In this document: piece after piece, positions 10,351 through 19,495 of the stretch | Numbering within the stretch: position 1 is the stretch's first letter | How the letters are laid out: each line of letters begins with the position of its first letter | Source of the DNA: Promethearchaeota archaeon | Lineage (GTDB): Archaea > Asgardarchaeota > Lokiarchaeia > Sigyniarchaeales > SOKP01 | Reading direction: 5' to 3' | Assembly: GCA_048938895.1 (NCBI GenBank) | Contig: JBHLLU010000032.1 | Span: 1-46,447 of the forward strand | Length of the DNA stretch: 46,447 nucleotides | The notes under the pieces: generated by a model | What the model saw: the letters and a program-made list of their open reading frames with translations, nothing else | Database searches by the model: none | Told to the model about the DNA's origin: nothing | Position numbers and translations under genes: made by a program

Positions 10351-11625
10351 TTAACCCCATTTTTCGAATGCCATGGCTAATTCATTATGATTCTTAGCAT
10401 ATTCTTTTAATTCGTATCCCTCTAACACAGAAGCAATTGCTTGCCTTATCGCACGAGCACCTGCTTCAGTTCCATTTGGGTGTCCATGACAACCCCCACC
10501 AAATTGATATACTGCATTTAAACCTATAATATCCATTAATTCTGGAACATGTAGAGGACTTAGACCTCCAGAAGCAACTGGAAGTGTGGGTTTAATGTTG
10601 TACCACTCTTGATCAAGTGTTGTTAAATTATTTCCCTTTATTTTCTGATCTGTAATTATTTTATTAATTTCAATTACTTCCTTTTTATCTCCCTCCATTT
10701 TTCCGACGACAGTTCCAGTGTGTAATTGATCCATACCAATTAATCTCATAAGCTTAGCAATTGCTAGCATAGTCATTCCATGTTTTTTATTTCGAGTAAT
10801 TGCAGCATGCATGGCTCTATGAGCATGAATCACCACATTTTTATCCTCTAAATAATCTCTGATTTCCTGTAGAGCAGAAAAACCAACAGTTAATATGTCT
10901 AGCATAACATATTCACCACCTTTATCAATTACATAGTCTGCTCTTTTTTTCATTGTAGTTAATGGTGCGGTTATATTTGGCATATATATCTTTTTTTCTC
11001 CCGTTTCGACTTCTACTTTATCCCGTACCTTAAGCGTTTCTTCAATTCTCTTTTCGAAATTATTAAAGGACATACTAGTTAAATTTTCATCATCTTTAAC
11101 TATATCTAATCCACCCTTCCATGCTTGTCCACAGACATTTGCATGTTCTACTTCATTTAAACCAACTTTTGGCTTTACTATTGTACCCAATAAAGGTCTG
11201 TTGTAAACTTTTGTTAATTTTCTTATTCCTTCTATTCCAAATTTTGGACCTTTATATGCAGAGACAATACCTTGAGGAAAGCTTATATCTAATAATCTTA
11301 GGTGCTCCAATACTTTCATCCCAAAGATATTCCCCGCAATTGCACTTAAAATTTGAGGTAAGTTTCCTGCTTCAAATAATTCTTTAGTATAGGCTATTTT
11401 GACAATATTATTATTAGGATCAATATAAAACACGGATGGTTTTAGTTTTTCAGCAATATCTGCTGATAGAGTAACAATTTCAGTCCAGGTGCCAATTGAA
11501 CTTTCTTTTGCGATTTCTTCACATGCTTGGTTCAAATCTTTGCATTCAGAAGATCGTTCTACAAAATACATAGCAATAAGATCATTACCATCTGGTTTAT
11601 AATTTAAGTTTACATAATGAACCAA
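10351..11625 (-). CDS. rbcL: Form III RuBisCO large subunit
   Basis: ESSIGTW, GNIFGMK, KPKVGL, GLDIVKDDE (carbamylated Lys), HAHRAMHAA, loop 6 HTGTVVGKMEG, SGGL, GGGCHGHP. Confidence 0.97.
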   Translation of the reverse strand: MVHYVNLNYKPDGNDLIAMYFVERSSECKDLNQACEEIAKESSIGTWTEIVTLSADIAEKLKPSVFYIDPNNNIVKIAYTKELFEAGNLPQILSAIAGNIFGMKVLEHLRLLDISFPQGIVSAYKGPKFGIEGIRKLTKVYNRPLLGTIVKPKVGLNEVEHANVCGQAWKGGLDIVKDDENLTSMSFNNFEKRIEETLKVRDKVEVETGEKKIYMPNITAPLTTMKKRADYVIDKGGEYVMLDILTVGFSALQEIRDYLEDKNVVIHAHRAMHAAITRNKKHGMTMLAIAKLMRLIGMDQLHTGTVVGKMEGDKKEVIEINKIITDQKIKGNNLTTLDQEWYNIKPTLPVASGGLSPLHVPELMDIIGLNAVYQFGGGCHGHPNGTEAGARAIRQAIASVLEGYELKEYAKNHNELAMAFEKWG

Positions 11626-11748
11626 TTTATAGCACCATAATCCGAGTTTATTATGAAAATTCTCTAAAAGAAATTAGTTAATGAAATATATAAATAAGAC
11701 CATAAAAAATTAATAATATTCTTAATTATAATACAAAGTGGTTTAATA

Positions 11749-12060
11749 ATGTCTGAAGGAAAAACGAAAGAACTTACGCTTAATATTAGGGATCTGAGTT
11801 TTAAGAGTGATCAACATGTGGAAGATTTAGTAAGGTTTTTAGCGGAAATGTTACCTCAAATCGATATCGACCGTGATGGAAACGAAATATCCGTTGTAAT
11901 GCCAGCAGCCTTATCTAAAAGGGCTTTAAAACTGAGAATTAAGAAATTTCTATTTAAAAAGGGATTAAATAAAGATTTCAGACCTATCTCCCTAAAAACA
12001 AGTGAAAAAGAAGGATATACAATAAAAGAAAAGAAAATTATTGAACTAAATTATTACTAA
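11749..12060 (+). CDS. rpl22e: Ribosomal protein eL22 (L22e) homolog
   Basis: 103 aa; LSKRALKLRIKKFLFKKGL matches the eL22 SKRYLKYLTKKYLKK motif. Confidence 0.8.
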   Translation: MSEGKTKELTLNIRDLSFKSDQHVEDLVRFLAEMLPQIDIDRDGNEISVVMPAALSKRALKLRIKKFLFKKGLNKDFRPISLKTSEKEGYTIKEKKIIELNYY

Positions 12061-12105
12061 TCCTTTCCTAAATATTCTTATATAAAATAACTATTATATC
12101 TAATT

Positions 12106-13074
12106 GTGTCTGTAAAAGAGACCAATTTATTTTTGTCCATCAAATCAATAGATGATCTGATGAGATGTATTAATTTAGCAAGTCTATTGGAGTTAGCAGG
12201 ATGGCCTAAACCAGGAAATGTACATCGTACTAAGGATTTTGAAACTACTCGATTTGAACATTTTTTAGGGGGTATAGTCGCAATACAACCAACTTTCCAT
12301 AAATTTTGTGAAAAAATATTCCAATCCCCTGAAAAGATTGATTATGCATCCATTGAACTAGGTAACTTTTTTAAAGATGCTGTAGAGGAGATGATGAGAT
12401 GGCAAAGTGGGGGAAATGTGTTGCTCGGACATATTTTGATATTAGCACCTCTTACTACCGCTGTAACTCTATGTTTGAAGTTTGAGAGATATAGCATAGC
12501 AGATTTTCAAAATTATTTAAACAAAATCATTGAAGAGGCTACAGTAGAAGACACAATAAATCTCTATAGGGCTATAAGAGTATCTAATCCTGGTGGTCTA
12601 GGAAAGATCGATAAATATGATGTATTTGATAAGAATGTCTTAGAAGATATTCGCAAAGATAACGTAACGTTAAAAAAAATATTTATTCTATCAAAAGAAT
12701 ATGATTTAATAAGTTCAGAATATGCAACAGGATTCAATATTATACTAAATGAAGGATTACCTTACATATTAGAGGTTTATAATCAATTTAAGGATCCCAA
12801 TATAGCAATTGTAAACACTTTCTTAAAGTTACTTGGTTCTCATCCCGATACCCTTATAATAAGAAAGTCAGGGATAAATGCTGCTAAGAAGGTATCGGAT
12901 TCTGCCCTTAATATATTGTACGAGGGGGGTATATCATCTCAAAAAGGTTTAAAACTAACTTTTGAATTTGATGAAAAATTACACGAACAAGAAGGGAAGT
13001 TGAATCCGGGAACCACAGCAGATCTAATTGCTGGAGTTATCTTTTGCGCTTTAATTTTTGGTTTGAGAATATAA
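12106..13074 (+). CDS. citG: Triphosphoribosyl-dephospho-CoA synthase (CitG) family, archaeal type
   Basis: LELAGWPKPGNVHR, GGNVLLG, PDTLIIRK, LNPGTTADL. Confidence 0.88.
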   Translation: MSVKETNLFLSIKSIDDLMRCINLASLLELAGWPKPGNVHRTKDFETTRFEHFLGGIVAIQPTFHKFCEKIFQSPEKIDYASIELGNFFKDAVEEMMRWQSGGNVLLGHILILAPLTTAVTLCLKFERYSIADFQNYLNKIIEEATVEDTINLYRAIRVSNPGGLGKIDKYDVFDKNVLEDIRKDNVTLKKIFILSKEYDLISSEYATGFNIILNEGLPYILEVYNQFKDPNIAIVNTFLKLLGSHPDTLIIRKSGINAAKKVSDSALNILYEGGISSQKGLKLTFEFDEKLHEQEGKLNPGTTADLIAGVIFCALIFGLRI

Positions 13075-13142
13075 GATTCATAAAAATTATTTGGTAGAAA
13101 TAATTTATTTTACTTAACCCTGTACTAATTAAAAGATATATT

Positions 13143-13493
13143 ATGGAATTTTGTGATGAATGCGGGAGCATGATGCTTCCTTCTTCTGTTGAAGGCAAAA
13201 AAGTTTTTAAGTGTAGATGTGGAGCGATAAAAGATTTTTCAGCTGACAAATCAGACGCGTATAGATTAACGACTAAAATTGAGCATTCTATTAGAAATGA
13301 AGTAACTAACCTAGAAGAAGTTATAAAATGGAAAGAAGAAAATTTACGAAGCACAATAAAAAATTTCAAATGTCCTAGTTGCGGATATAATAAAGCCCAT
13401 CTGGAGACAAGGCAAACACGGAGGGCTGATGAAGGAATGACTCATTTTATCACTTGTTTAAAATGTGGGCGTCATATAAAAATAGGTAGTTAA
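13143..13493 (+). CDS. tfs: Transcription factor S (RpoM/TFIIS family)
   Basis: N-terminal FCDECGSMM ribbon; C-terminal CPSC...QTRRADEG...CLKC ribbon. Confidence 0.93.
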   Translation: MEFCDECGSMMLPSSVEGKKVFKCRCGAIKDFSADKSDAYRLTTKIEHSIRNEVTNLEEVIKWKEENLRSTIKNFKCPSCGYNKAHLETRQTRRADEGMTHFITCLKCGRHIKIGS

Positions 13494-13777
13494 CTCAATA
13501 ATCTGCTAAGTAATGCTTTATCTCCTTCTTCTTCCAAAAATTCTATCTGAATCACCTTATTTTTACTCTTCTCTCCAGAAATTATCTTAATCTGATTTAA
13601 GGCAATCTTAAGTTTATTTCTTAGTAAATAAACTATTTCTTTATTAGCTTTGTTTTTTACCGGTTTGGATTTAACAAAAATAGTAAAGGTTTCATTATCA
13701 TATAGAATTTCTTGTTTTTTAGAATTTGTCTTAACATTGATGTGTAGAATTATTTTACTCTTCTCTATTTTTTCCAT
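13490..13777 (-). CDS. DUF167/YggU family protein
   Basis: VKTNSK...PVKNKANKE...IISGEKSKNK pattern. Confidence 0.85.
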   Translation of the reverse strand: MEKIEKSKIILHINVKTNSKKQEILYDNETFTIFVKSKPVKNKANKEIVYLLRNKLKIALNQIKIISGEKSKNKVIQIEFLEEEGDKALLSRLLS

Positions 13778-13806
13778 TATGATTTAAGTGAAAATTTGTT
13801 TTAAAA

Positions 13807-15186
13807 TTAAATAAACTCATCAATTTTATCTTTTAACCGATTATAAGAGGGTTTTGATAATCTTAATCCCCCCGCAAGTTTATGGCCTCCCCCTACACCA
13901 CCGAGTTCACTTTTTATCTTAGAAATAAGTATGTTCACACCATTTCCGTTATTATTTTCAAGATATTTCCTTGAACAGCGAATACTTAATTTGATTGTCC
14001 CTGATTTCATTTCTAAACCACCCAGAAATATTATTTTATCAGTGTTAAAAAGTTCGTTAACAGCACTAAAACTAGCTGTATCTGACCAATTACTGGGTGG
14101 AATCTTTCCTTTTACTTCTAAAAACACAGCTTTTTCTGTTTCATGAGAGGGAATTTCACTAGAAATCGTTTTTAAATTAATCACAAGATTTTTAATATAC
14201 TCAGAATAAAGATTTTTGGCATAACGAGTTATTGATTTCATTTGTGTAATTGAAATTGCTGCACTAATGTTTTTAAAACATAATACATTCAACAAGAGAG
14301 CGTGTTCAAAAGCAAATTGTAACAATCCTAATTTGTTTGGGATTATTGCATAATGACCATATAAATCACATTTCAATTTTTGCTGAATTCTTTCAATTTG
14401 GTCTGAGTTTAAATCAACTGTTTTCATTGTGGGATTAATTTGGACTGAGTCTAAAAAGGCATTAATTTTATTATCAGATTCACCTCCAAGCCCATTTATA
14501 TAGGGTAAAATACCGTATTTTAAACTGTTTTTGACTGTATCATGCATATTTCCAAATATTGTGAGCCCTTTTTTATCCTCAATAAGTTCTTCACTAATTA
14601 ATTCATCATAAATTTCACGATTAAATGATTGTAATTTATCCATCGATTTTAACGAGTCGCCAGCAATTCCTATTATCGTAAGCCATCCCTGTTTGATTAC
14701 GATAGGTTTTATTTGCTTTGCAAACATATAAGCAAGAGTAGCTCCTGAAATGTGATCAAGACCATCATAGCCATGAATAGTAGGATTTACGAAAAACATG
14801 TTTTCAGGCATAACTCGTATGGAAATACCATCCTCTACTTCATGATGGTCAAGAATGTAAAAATATTCCTTTCTATTTTGAATAATTGGGATTAATTCTG
14901 CTAGATTAGAACCTAGATCTGTAAATATGAAAGCAGTCTTTTCACTTTGCCTTTTTGATAATATACCTTTTAAGTAATTGTTCCAAGAAACGGATCTATT
15001 ATAAATAAAATAATCAAAATCAATTTTTAGGTGATATAGTAAATTTTGAATAATATGTAAACTACTTATACCGTCGGCATCATTATGGGATATTATCATA
15101 ATCCGAGAATAGGAATGATCAATGAAATGATCTACGGCATTGTTAAAATCTTCTAAGAATTTTCTTTTATCTGGGTTCTTAGTCAT
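13807..15186 (-). CDS. DHH family phosphoesterase, RecJ/GAN (Cdc45-related) type
   Basis: HNDADG, TDLG, LDHH, SGAT, IAGD motifs and C-terminal DHHA1 GGGHKLAGG. Confidence 0.88.
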   Translation of the reverse strand: MTKNPDKRKFLEDFNNAVDHFIDHSYSRIMIISHNDADGISSLHIIQNLLYHLKIDFDYFIYNRSVSWNNYLKGILSKRQSEKTAFIFTDLGSNLAELIPIIQNRKEYFYILDHHEVEDGISIRVMPENMFFVNPTIHGYDGLDHISGATLAYMFAKQIKPIVIKQGWLTIIGIAGDSLKSMDKLQSFNREIYDELISEELIEDKKGLTIFGNMHDTVKNSLKYGILPYINGLGGESDNKINAFLDSVQINPTMKTVDLNSDQIERIQQKLKCDLYGHYAIIPNKLGLLQFAFEHALLLNVLCFKNISAAISITQMKSITRYAKNLYSEYIKNLVINLKTISSEIPSHETEKAVFLEVKGKIPPSNWSDTASFSAVNELFNTDKIIFLGGLEMKSGTIKLSIRCSRKYLENNNGNGVNILISKIKSELGGVGGGHKLAGGLRLSKPSYNRLKDKIDEFI

Positions 15187-15403
15187 TTATATCAATTATT
15201 AATTAAAATACAAGAATTTTTTGAAAAGTTGCTTATCATCAAGTAATTATTAGATAGATAATTAAATTCTGATAAATGTCAAATACATCCTATAATTATA
15301 AATATTCCGATTTAATTTTGGCTTACATGAAGAAATCGAGGTAAAAATTAAAAACTAAAGATAAATTTTTTAATTTATTTTAAATTTCAGTCTTTAAGAT
15401 TTC

Positions 15404-17113
15404 ATGTTAAAAAGCCCTATCATGCAAAATACAGTCGGGAATATGTTTAAATTAGCTAATAGATCCAGCAAGCAAATATTACTATTTTCTGTAATAGTGA
15501 TTTCCTTTGTGCTAGTTAATTTTAATATTAACCCAAATAATAATGCGAATCAAGATAATTCAATTCTTGACATCAATGCCTTTAATAAAGAAAATTATAC
15601 GGAAATATTAACTACTACAAGATATGGATTAGGAAATATAACTATAGATGATATCAGATATAATTTTGTTGTCCCTGGAATAGTTAATCAAAATGTTTAT
15701 CATCCCCTTGTTTCTGAAGATTTAATCTCAGGTAAACTATCCATAAATACAACAAAAATAGAGTTTATAGAAAGTACAAGTCCCGCTATAATAGATAATT
15801 TAGATAAAAAAATTGAGGATAGAAATTATGCTAAATATAAATACAATGAGACACTAAAAGTGAAATACGATAAAACAGAAGCAAGATATTTAGTTTATCA
15901 TTCCCGTTTTGTAAATGCAGAGCTCCTAGAAATTAGGGTAGATAATGGAACGATAATTTCTGAGTTAGTAGAAGATGTTGATTATACCATTGATAATCAA
16001 GGTTTTATTGTATTTTATTATGAGGATTATTTTGATGAAGGGCGCATTTCAAATTTTTCTATGTACCTCACATGGGAAAACCTACTAGCATTTGGAAATT
16101 GGAAAATCGAACAATTAGAAAATCAAATTCTAGAAATAGATCAAATAGAACAAGATCTTTCCGTTGACTTCCAATATCAATTCCGTCTAGTCGCAAGGGC
16201 CTATAGTTCTAATTTAGTGGATGTAATAGATATTAATTTTTGGGATGTTGCTTTAACTGTTAATCCATTTGAAATGGAGCAACTTACGAATCATAAATTA
16301 AAGTTGAATGGTATTGAGGCTGATATTGGCAATCACCTGAATCCAGATAAATCAATAAAAATAAAATTATCTGATCTTTTTACTCCCGAATCAAGCAGGT
16401 TTTCACTTAATTTTACTACTACCTTTACTTTAAGATTTGATAATCGATTGGGTAAATTTTGGGCAATAGATAGACTTGTAGACCTACGATCTGTTCGAGA
16501 AAGGATTTATCTTTGTCATCTAATCTCAGGACCCAAACATTATTATCTAAAAAATGTATTCTTTAATGAATCATCCATCTATTTTGAGGAAGTGCTAGAT
16601 TCATATTCATTGTTTGACAGATATGTTTCAGTTTCAGAACTCAACATAAATTTAACAGGTTATTTAGGCATGAAGGTGCATCTTCCATTTATGTATGTTG
16701 GTGAAACATGCCCTGTACTAGTTAAGTATCTTACTTCTGAGAAATTGAAGATTGTTATAACAGATGAAATTAAAATGCCGTTAGTTGGGGCAAAGATTGA
16801 AGTTTCACTTTTTGGAGCCCCTTATGGCACATACATATCAAATATCACAAGTCAACCAATTATTCCAAGAAGATCAGACGAAAATGGTCAAATAATACTA
16901 AATAATGTTCCTCGTGGGAACTATACAATACGGATATATTATGAAAGGCGTTTTATTAAAGAAGCACAAGTTACTACTTTCAAGAATCCAAATTATATTT
17001 ATACTAATGTTCCTCATTCACCTTTATGGATAATAACTTTTGCCATAGTAACTGGTAGTATTCTCATTATTGGAGCTATATTGTATTTAAAGTATAAAAC
17101 GTTGCGAAGTTAG
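15404..17113 (+). CDS. Membrane-anchored extracellular protein with C-terminal carboxypeptidase-regulatory-like beta-sandwich
   Basis: N-terminal hydrophobic segment; PLVGAKIEV...SDENGQIILNNVPRGNYTIRI; C-terminal TM helix and basic tail. Confidence 0.7.
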   Translation: MLKSPIMQNTVGNMFKLANRSSKQILLFSVIVISFVLVNFNINPNNNANQDNSILDINAFNKENYTEILTTTRYGLGNITIDDIRYNFVVPGIVNQNVYHPLVSEDLISGKLSINTTKIEFIESTSPAIIDNLDKKIEDRNYAKYKYNETLKVKYDKTEARYLVYHSRFVNAELLEIRVDNGTIISELVEDVDYTIDNQGFIVFYYEDYFDEGRISNFSMYLTWENLLAFGNWKIEQLENQILEIDQIEQDLSVDFQYQFRLVARAYSSNLVDVIDINFWDVALTVNPFEMEQLTNHKLKLNGIEADIGNHLNPDKSIKIKLSDLFTPESSRFSLNFTTTFTLRFDNRLGKFWAIDRLVDLRSVRERIYLCHLISGPKHYYLKNVFFNESSIYFEEVLDSYSLFDRYVSVSELNINLTGYLGMKVHLPFMYVGETCPVLVKYLTSEKLKIVITDEIKMPLVGAKIEVSLFGAPYGTYISNITSQPIIPRRSDENGQIILNNVPRGNYTIRIYYERRFIKEAQVTTFKNPNYIYTNVPHSPLWIITFAIVTGSILIIGAILYLKYKTLRS

Positions 17114-17115
17114 AC

Positions 17116-17439
17116 TTGATCGTAATTTTTTGTGATAATATTGACGATTTTGTTGTATTTTTGGAAAAACGCGTAATGAATGAAATCTTTTATGAATTTA
17201 AGGAGATCACAAGCAACACTCTAGACAGTAAAATTAATATTGAAATTGTAATTCATTTTCTAGCTAAAATTGATAGTACAATGATATTGTATGAAACAAA
17301 ACAAAATATTACGAGATCAACAAGTTCTAATATTGATACAGAAGTGGTGAATACATTACAGAATATATTTCGTGGTGTTGATGCTTCATTAAAATTAATA
17401 AAGGGAAAAATACGCGAAATATACTTAGCATATTCTTAA
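17116..17439 (+). CDS. Hypothetical protein
   Basis: 107-aa ORF starting 2 nt after the upstream stop (TTG start). Confidence 0.7.
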   Translation: MIVIFCDNIDDFVVFLEKRVMNEIFYEFKEITSNTLDSKINIEIVIHFLAKIDSTMILYETKQNITRSTSSNIDTEVVNTLQNIFRGVDASLKLIKGKIREIYLAYS

Positions 17440-17480
17440 TAGATTAGAACATTATTTTATCATTAATTACTAATGTTAAT

Positions 17481-19043
17481 CTATTTATGATTTACTTCCT
17501 CACCATATCCTATTAATCGGTAACGTCTATTAATGATACGTGAAATTGCGTAAATAAAATCTTCTGGAGGACATATAGGTGGAGTAAGTTTTATTACAGT
17601 GCTATTTTTTAAAATTTTAGTTACAGTTCCACCTGTTTTTTCAGTTCCAACAACTAATAGTAACCTTTCACCGTGCTTAAGTGGTTGTACTTTCATTTGT
17701 ACTTCAGAACCGATTACTTTTTCTAAGAGGTTAACTTTTAATTCGACTTCTGTTATTACTTCTGGTAAGGTGCCAGGGTTTCCAACTAAGTGCCCTATTA
17801 GGTGATCGCCCTTAGTTAGCGCAGGATCTAACTTAGTACCTAAGCCAATTAAACCCCCAGGCTTCGCCGTCTGCAGAGAATTATTTCCTTGACTAATACT
17901 TACAACAGTTGATTTGATTGGTATGTATTCATCCTTTACTCGAATTCCTGGTTTAATTTCGATTTGATTACCCAATTCAATTTCTCCTTTTAATACTGAT
18001 CCGCCTATTACTCCTCCCCTTAAGTCAGTAATTTCTTTTCCTGGTCGATTGATATCAAATGATCTAGCAATTAAAAACTGAAATGAATCTGATTCTTTAT
18101 ATTCAGGAGTAGGTATTATTTCCTCAAAAGCACGCACAACAAGATGCATGTTAGCTCTGAAAACTGCTGAAATCGGTATAATTGGGGCATTTTCAGCCAC
18201 CGTGCCTTTAACAAATTCTTTTATTTGTTGATAATTCTCTAAAGCTTGTTCTTTCGAGACAGCATCAATTTTATTTTGTAGGATTATAATATTAGTAATC
18301 CCTGCGATGTTTAAAGCGGCTAGATGCTCTCTTGTTTGTGGTTGAGGGCATTGTTCATCTGCAGCGATTAGAAGGCATGCCCCATCCATTAGAGACGCAC
18401 CACTTAACATTGTAGCCATTAAAATTTCGTGTCCCGGTGCATCTACAAATGAGATATTGCGTATAAATTCTAAATTTCCTTTACAGTCTGAGCAGACAAA
18501 TCGGGGTTGTCCTTTAATACGATTTATTTCATTAAGGTGAGCAGTAGTATATTGTTCACAGGAAGGACAATAAAGGATTGTAGCATTTGAATAACCTAAT
18601 TTTATTGATATTCCTCTTTCTTGCTCCTCAGAATGTCTATCTGTCCAATCTCCTGTTAATGATTTTACGAGAGTGGTCTTACCATGATCGACATGACCAA
18701 CTAGACCTATATTACATTCTGCTTGTTGTTTAATTAATTCTTTCAGCTTTGTTCCCTTTTCTTTAGAAGATGGTTTTGACACAGGTTTTGGTTTAGCTTT
18801 TGATTCCTTACTTTCCTTTTCTTTTGATATGGGTTTCACTTCTTCACCCGCGTCTTGTAAGACTTTTTTAGCATTTGCAAGTATTTTTACTGCAGTTGCT
18901 TTACCTACACCTTTTATTTTTAATTTCACCAGATCTTCAGGATCAACAGCAACTAGTTTTTCAATTGTATCAATCCCTGCCGCTTTCATTTTTTCTGCAG
19001 TAGATTTTCCGATCCCCGAAATATCTTCTAATTCATCAGTCAT
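17481..19043 (-). CDS. eif2g: Translation initiation factor aIF2 gamma subunit with N-terminal HhH domain
   Basis: NIGLVGHVDHGKTT, RGISIKLGY, CPSC/CSDC knuckle, DAPGHE, QNKID, RSFDINRPG, RYRLIGYG; ~105-aa N-terminal extension. Confidence 0.96.
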   Translation of the reverse strand: MTDELEDISGIGKSTAEKMKAAGIDTIEKLVAVDPEDLVKLKIKGVGKATAVKILANAKKVLQDAGEEVKPISKEKESKESKAKPKPVSKPSSKEKGTKLKELIKQQAECNIGLVGHVDHGKTTLVKSLTGDWTDRHSEEQERGISIKLGYSNATILYCPSCEQYTTAHLNEINRIKGQPRFVCSDCKGNLEFIRNISFVDAPGHEILMATMLSGASLMDGACLLIAADEQCPQPQTREHLAALNIAGITNIIILQNKIDAVSKEQALENYQQIKEFVKGTVAENAPIIPISAVFRANMHLVVRAFEEIIPTPEYKESDSFQFLIARSFDINRPGKEITDLRGGVIGGSVLKGEIELGNQIEIKPGIRVKDEYIPIKSTVVSISQGNNSLQTAKPGGLIGLGTKLDPALTKGDHLIGHLVGNPGTLPEVITEVELKVNLLEKVIGSEVQMKVQPLKHGERLLLVVGTEKTGGTVTKILKNSTVIKLTPPICPPEDFIYAISRIINRRYRLIGYGEEVNHK

Positions 19044-19168
19044 ATTAGTATAAAATTTAGGTGTTATTAGTCTGGTATAAATCTTTCTCTATAAAACATT
19101 AAGAATAGACTTTTTATTAAATTAATCAATAAACCAATTTCATTTTAAAAAAGTTGCTAAAAAATCTA

Positions 19169-19387
19169 TTACTCAGTAAGAATCGTTGTTATACCACCTA
19201 ATTTTTTGTCTAGCTCTATATATGAAATCCTTAAAAGACTGTCAACATAGAAAGTAGAAAGTTTTTTACAAAATTTGCAAATGATATAGACTGGGGCAGG
19301 ATATTGAGTTGTATCAATATCCTTTGTCTCAATCTTAAACACAATTTTTTCAGAACAGTGCGGACAAAAATTAAACCGAAGAGGCAT
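19169..19387 (-). CDS. Small Cys-rich (zinc-ribbon) protein
   Basis: CPHC...CKFC. Confidence 0.7.
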   Translation of the reverse strand: MPLRFNFCPHCSEKIVFKIETKDIDTTQYPAPVYIICKFCKKLSTFYVDSLLRISYIELDKKLGGITTILTE

Positions 19388-19495
19388 TATACAAATATTC
19401 CAACAATTTACTTTTATAATAAATAGATTCTTATTTCTATAATATTATTTCTAAAATTAAATATAATAGTAATGACATTTAATTATTGATATTTC

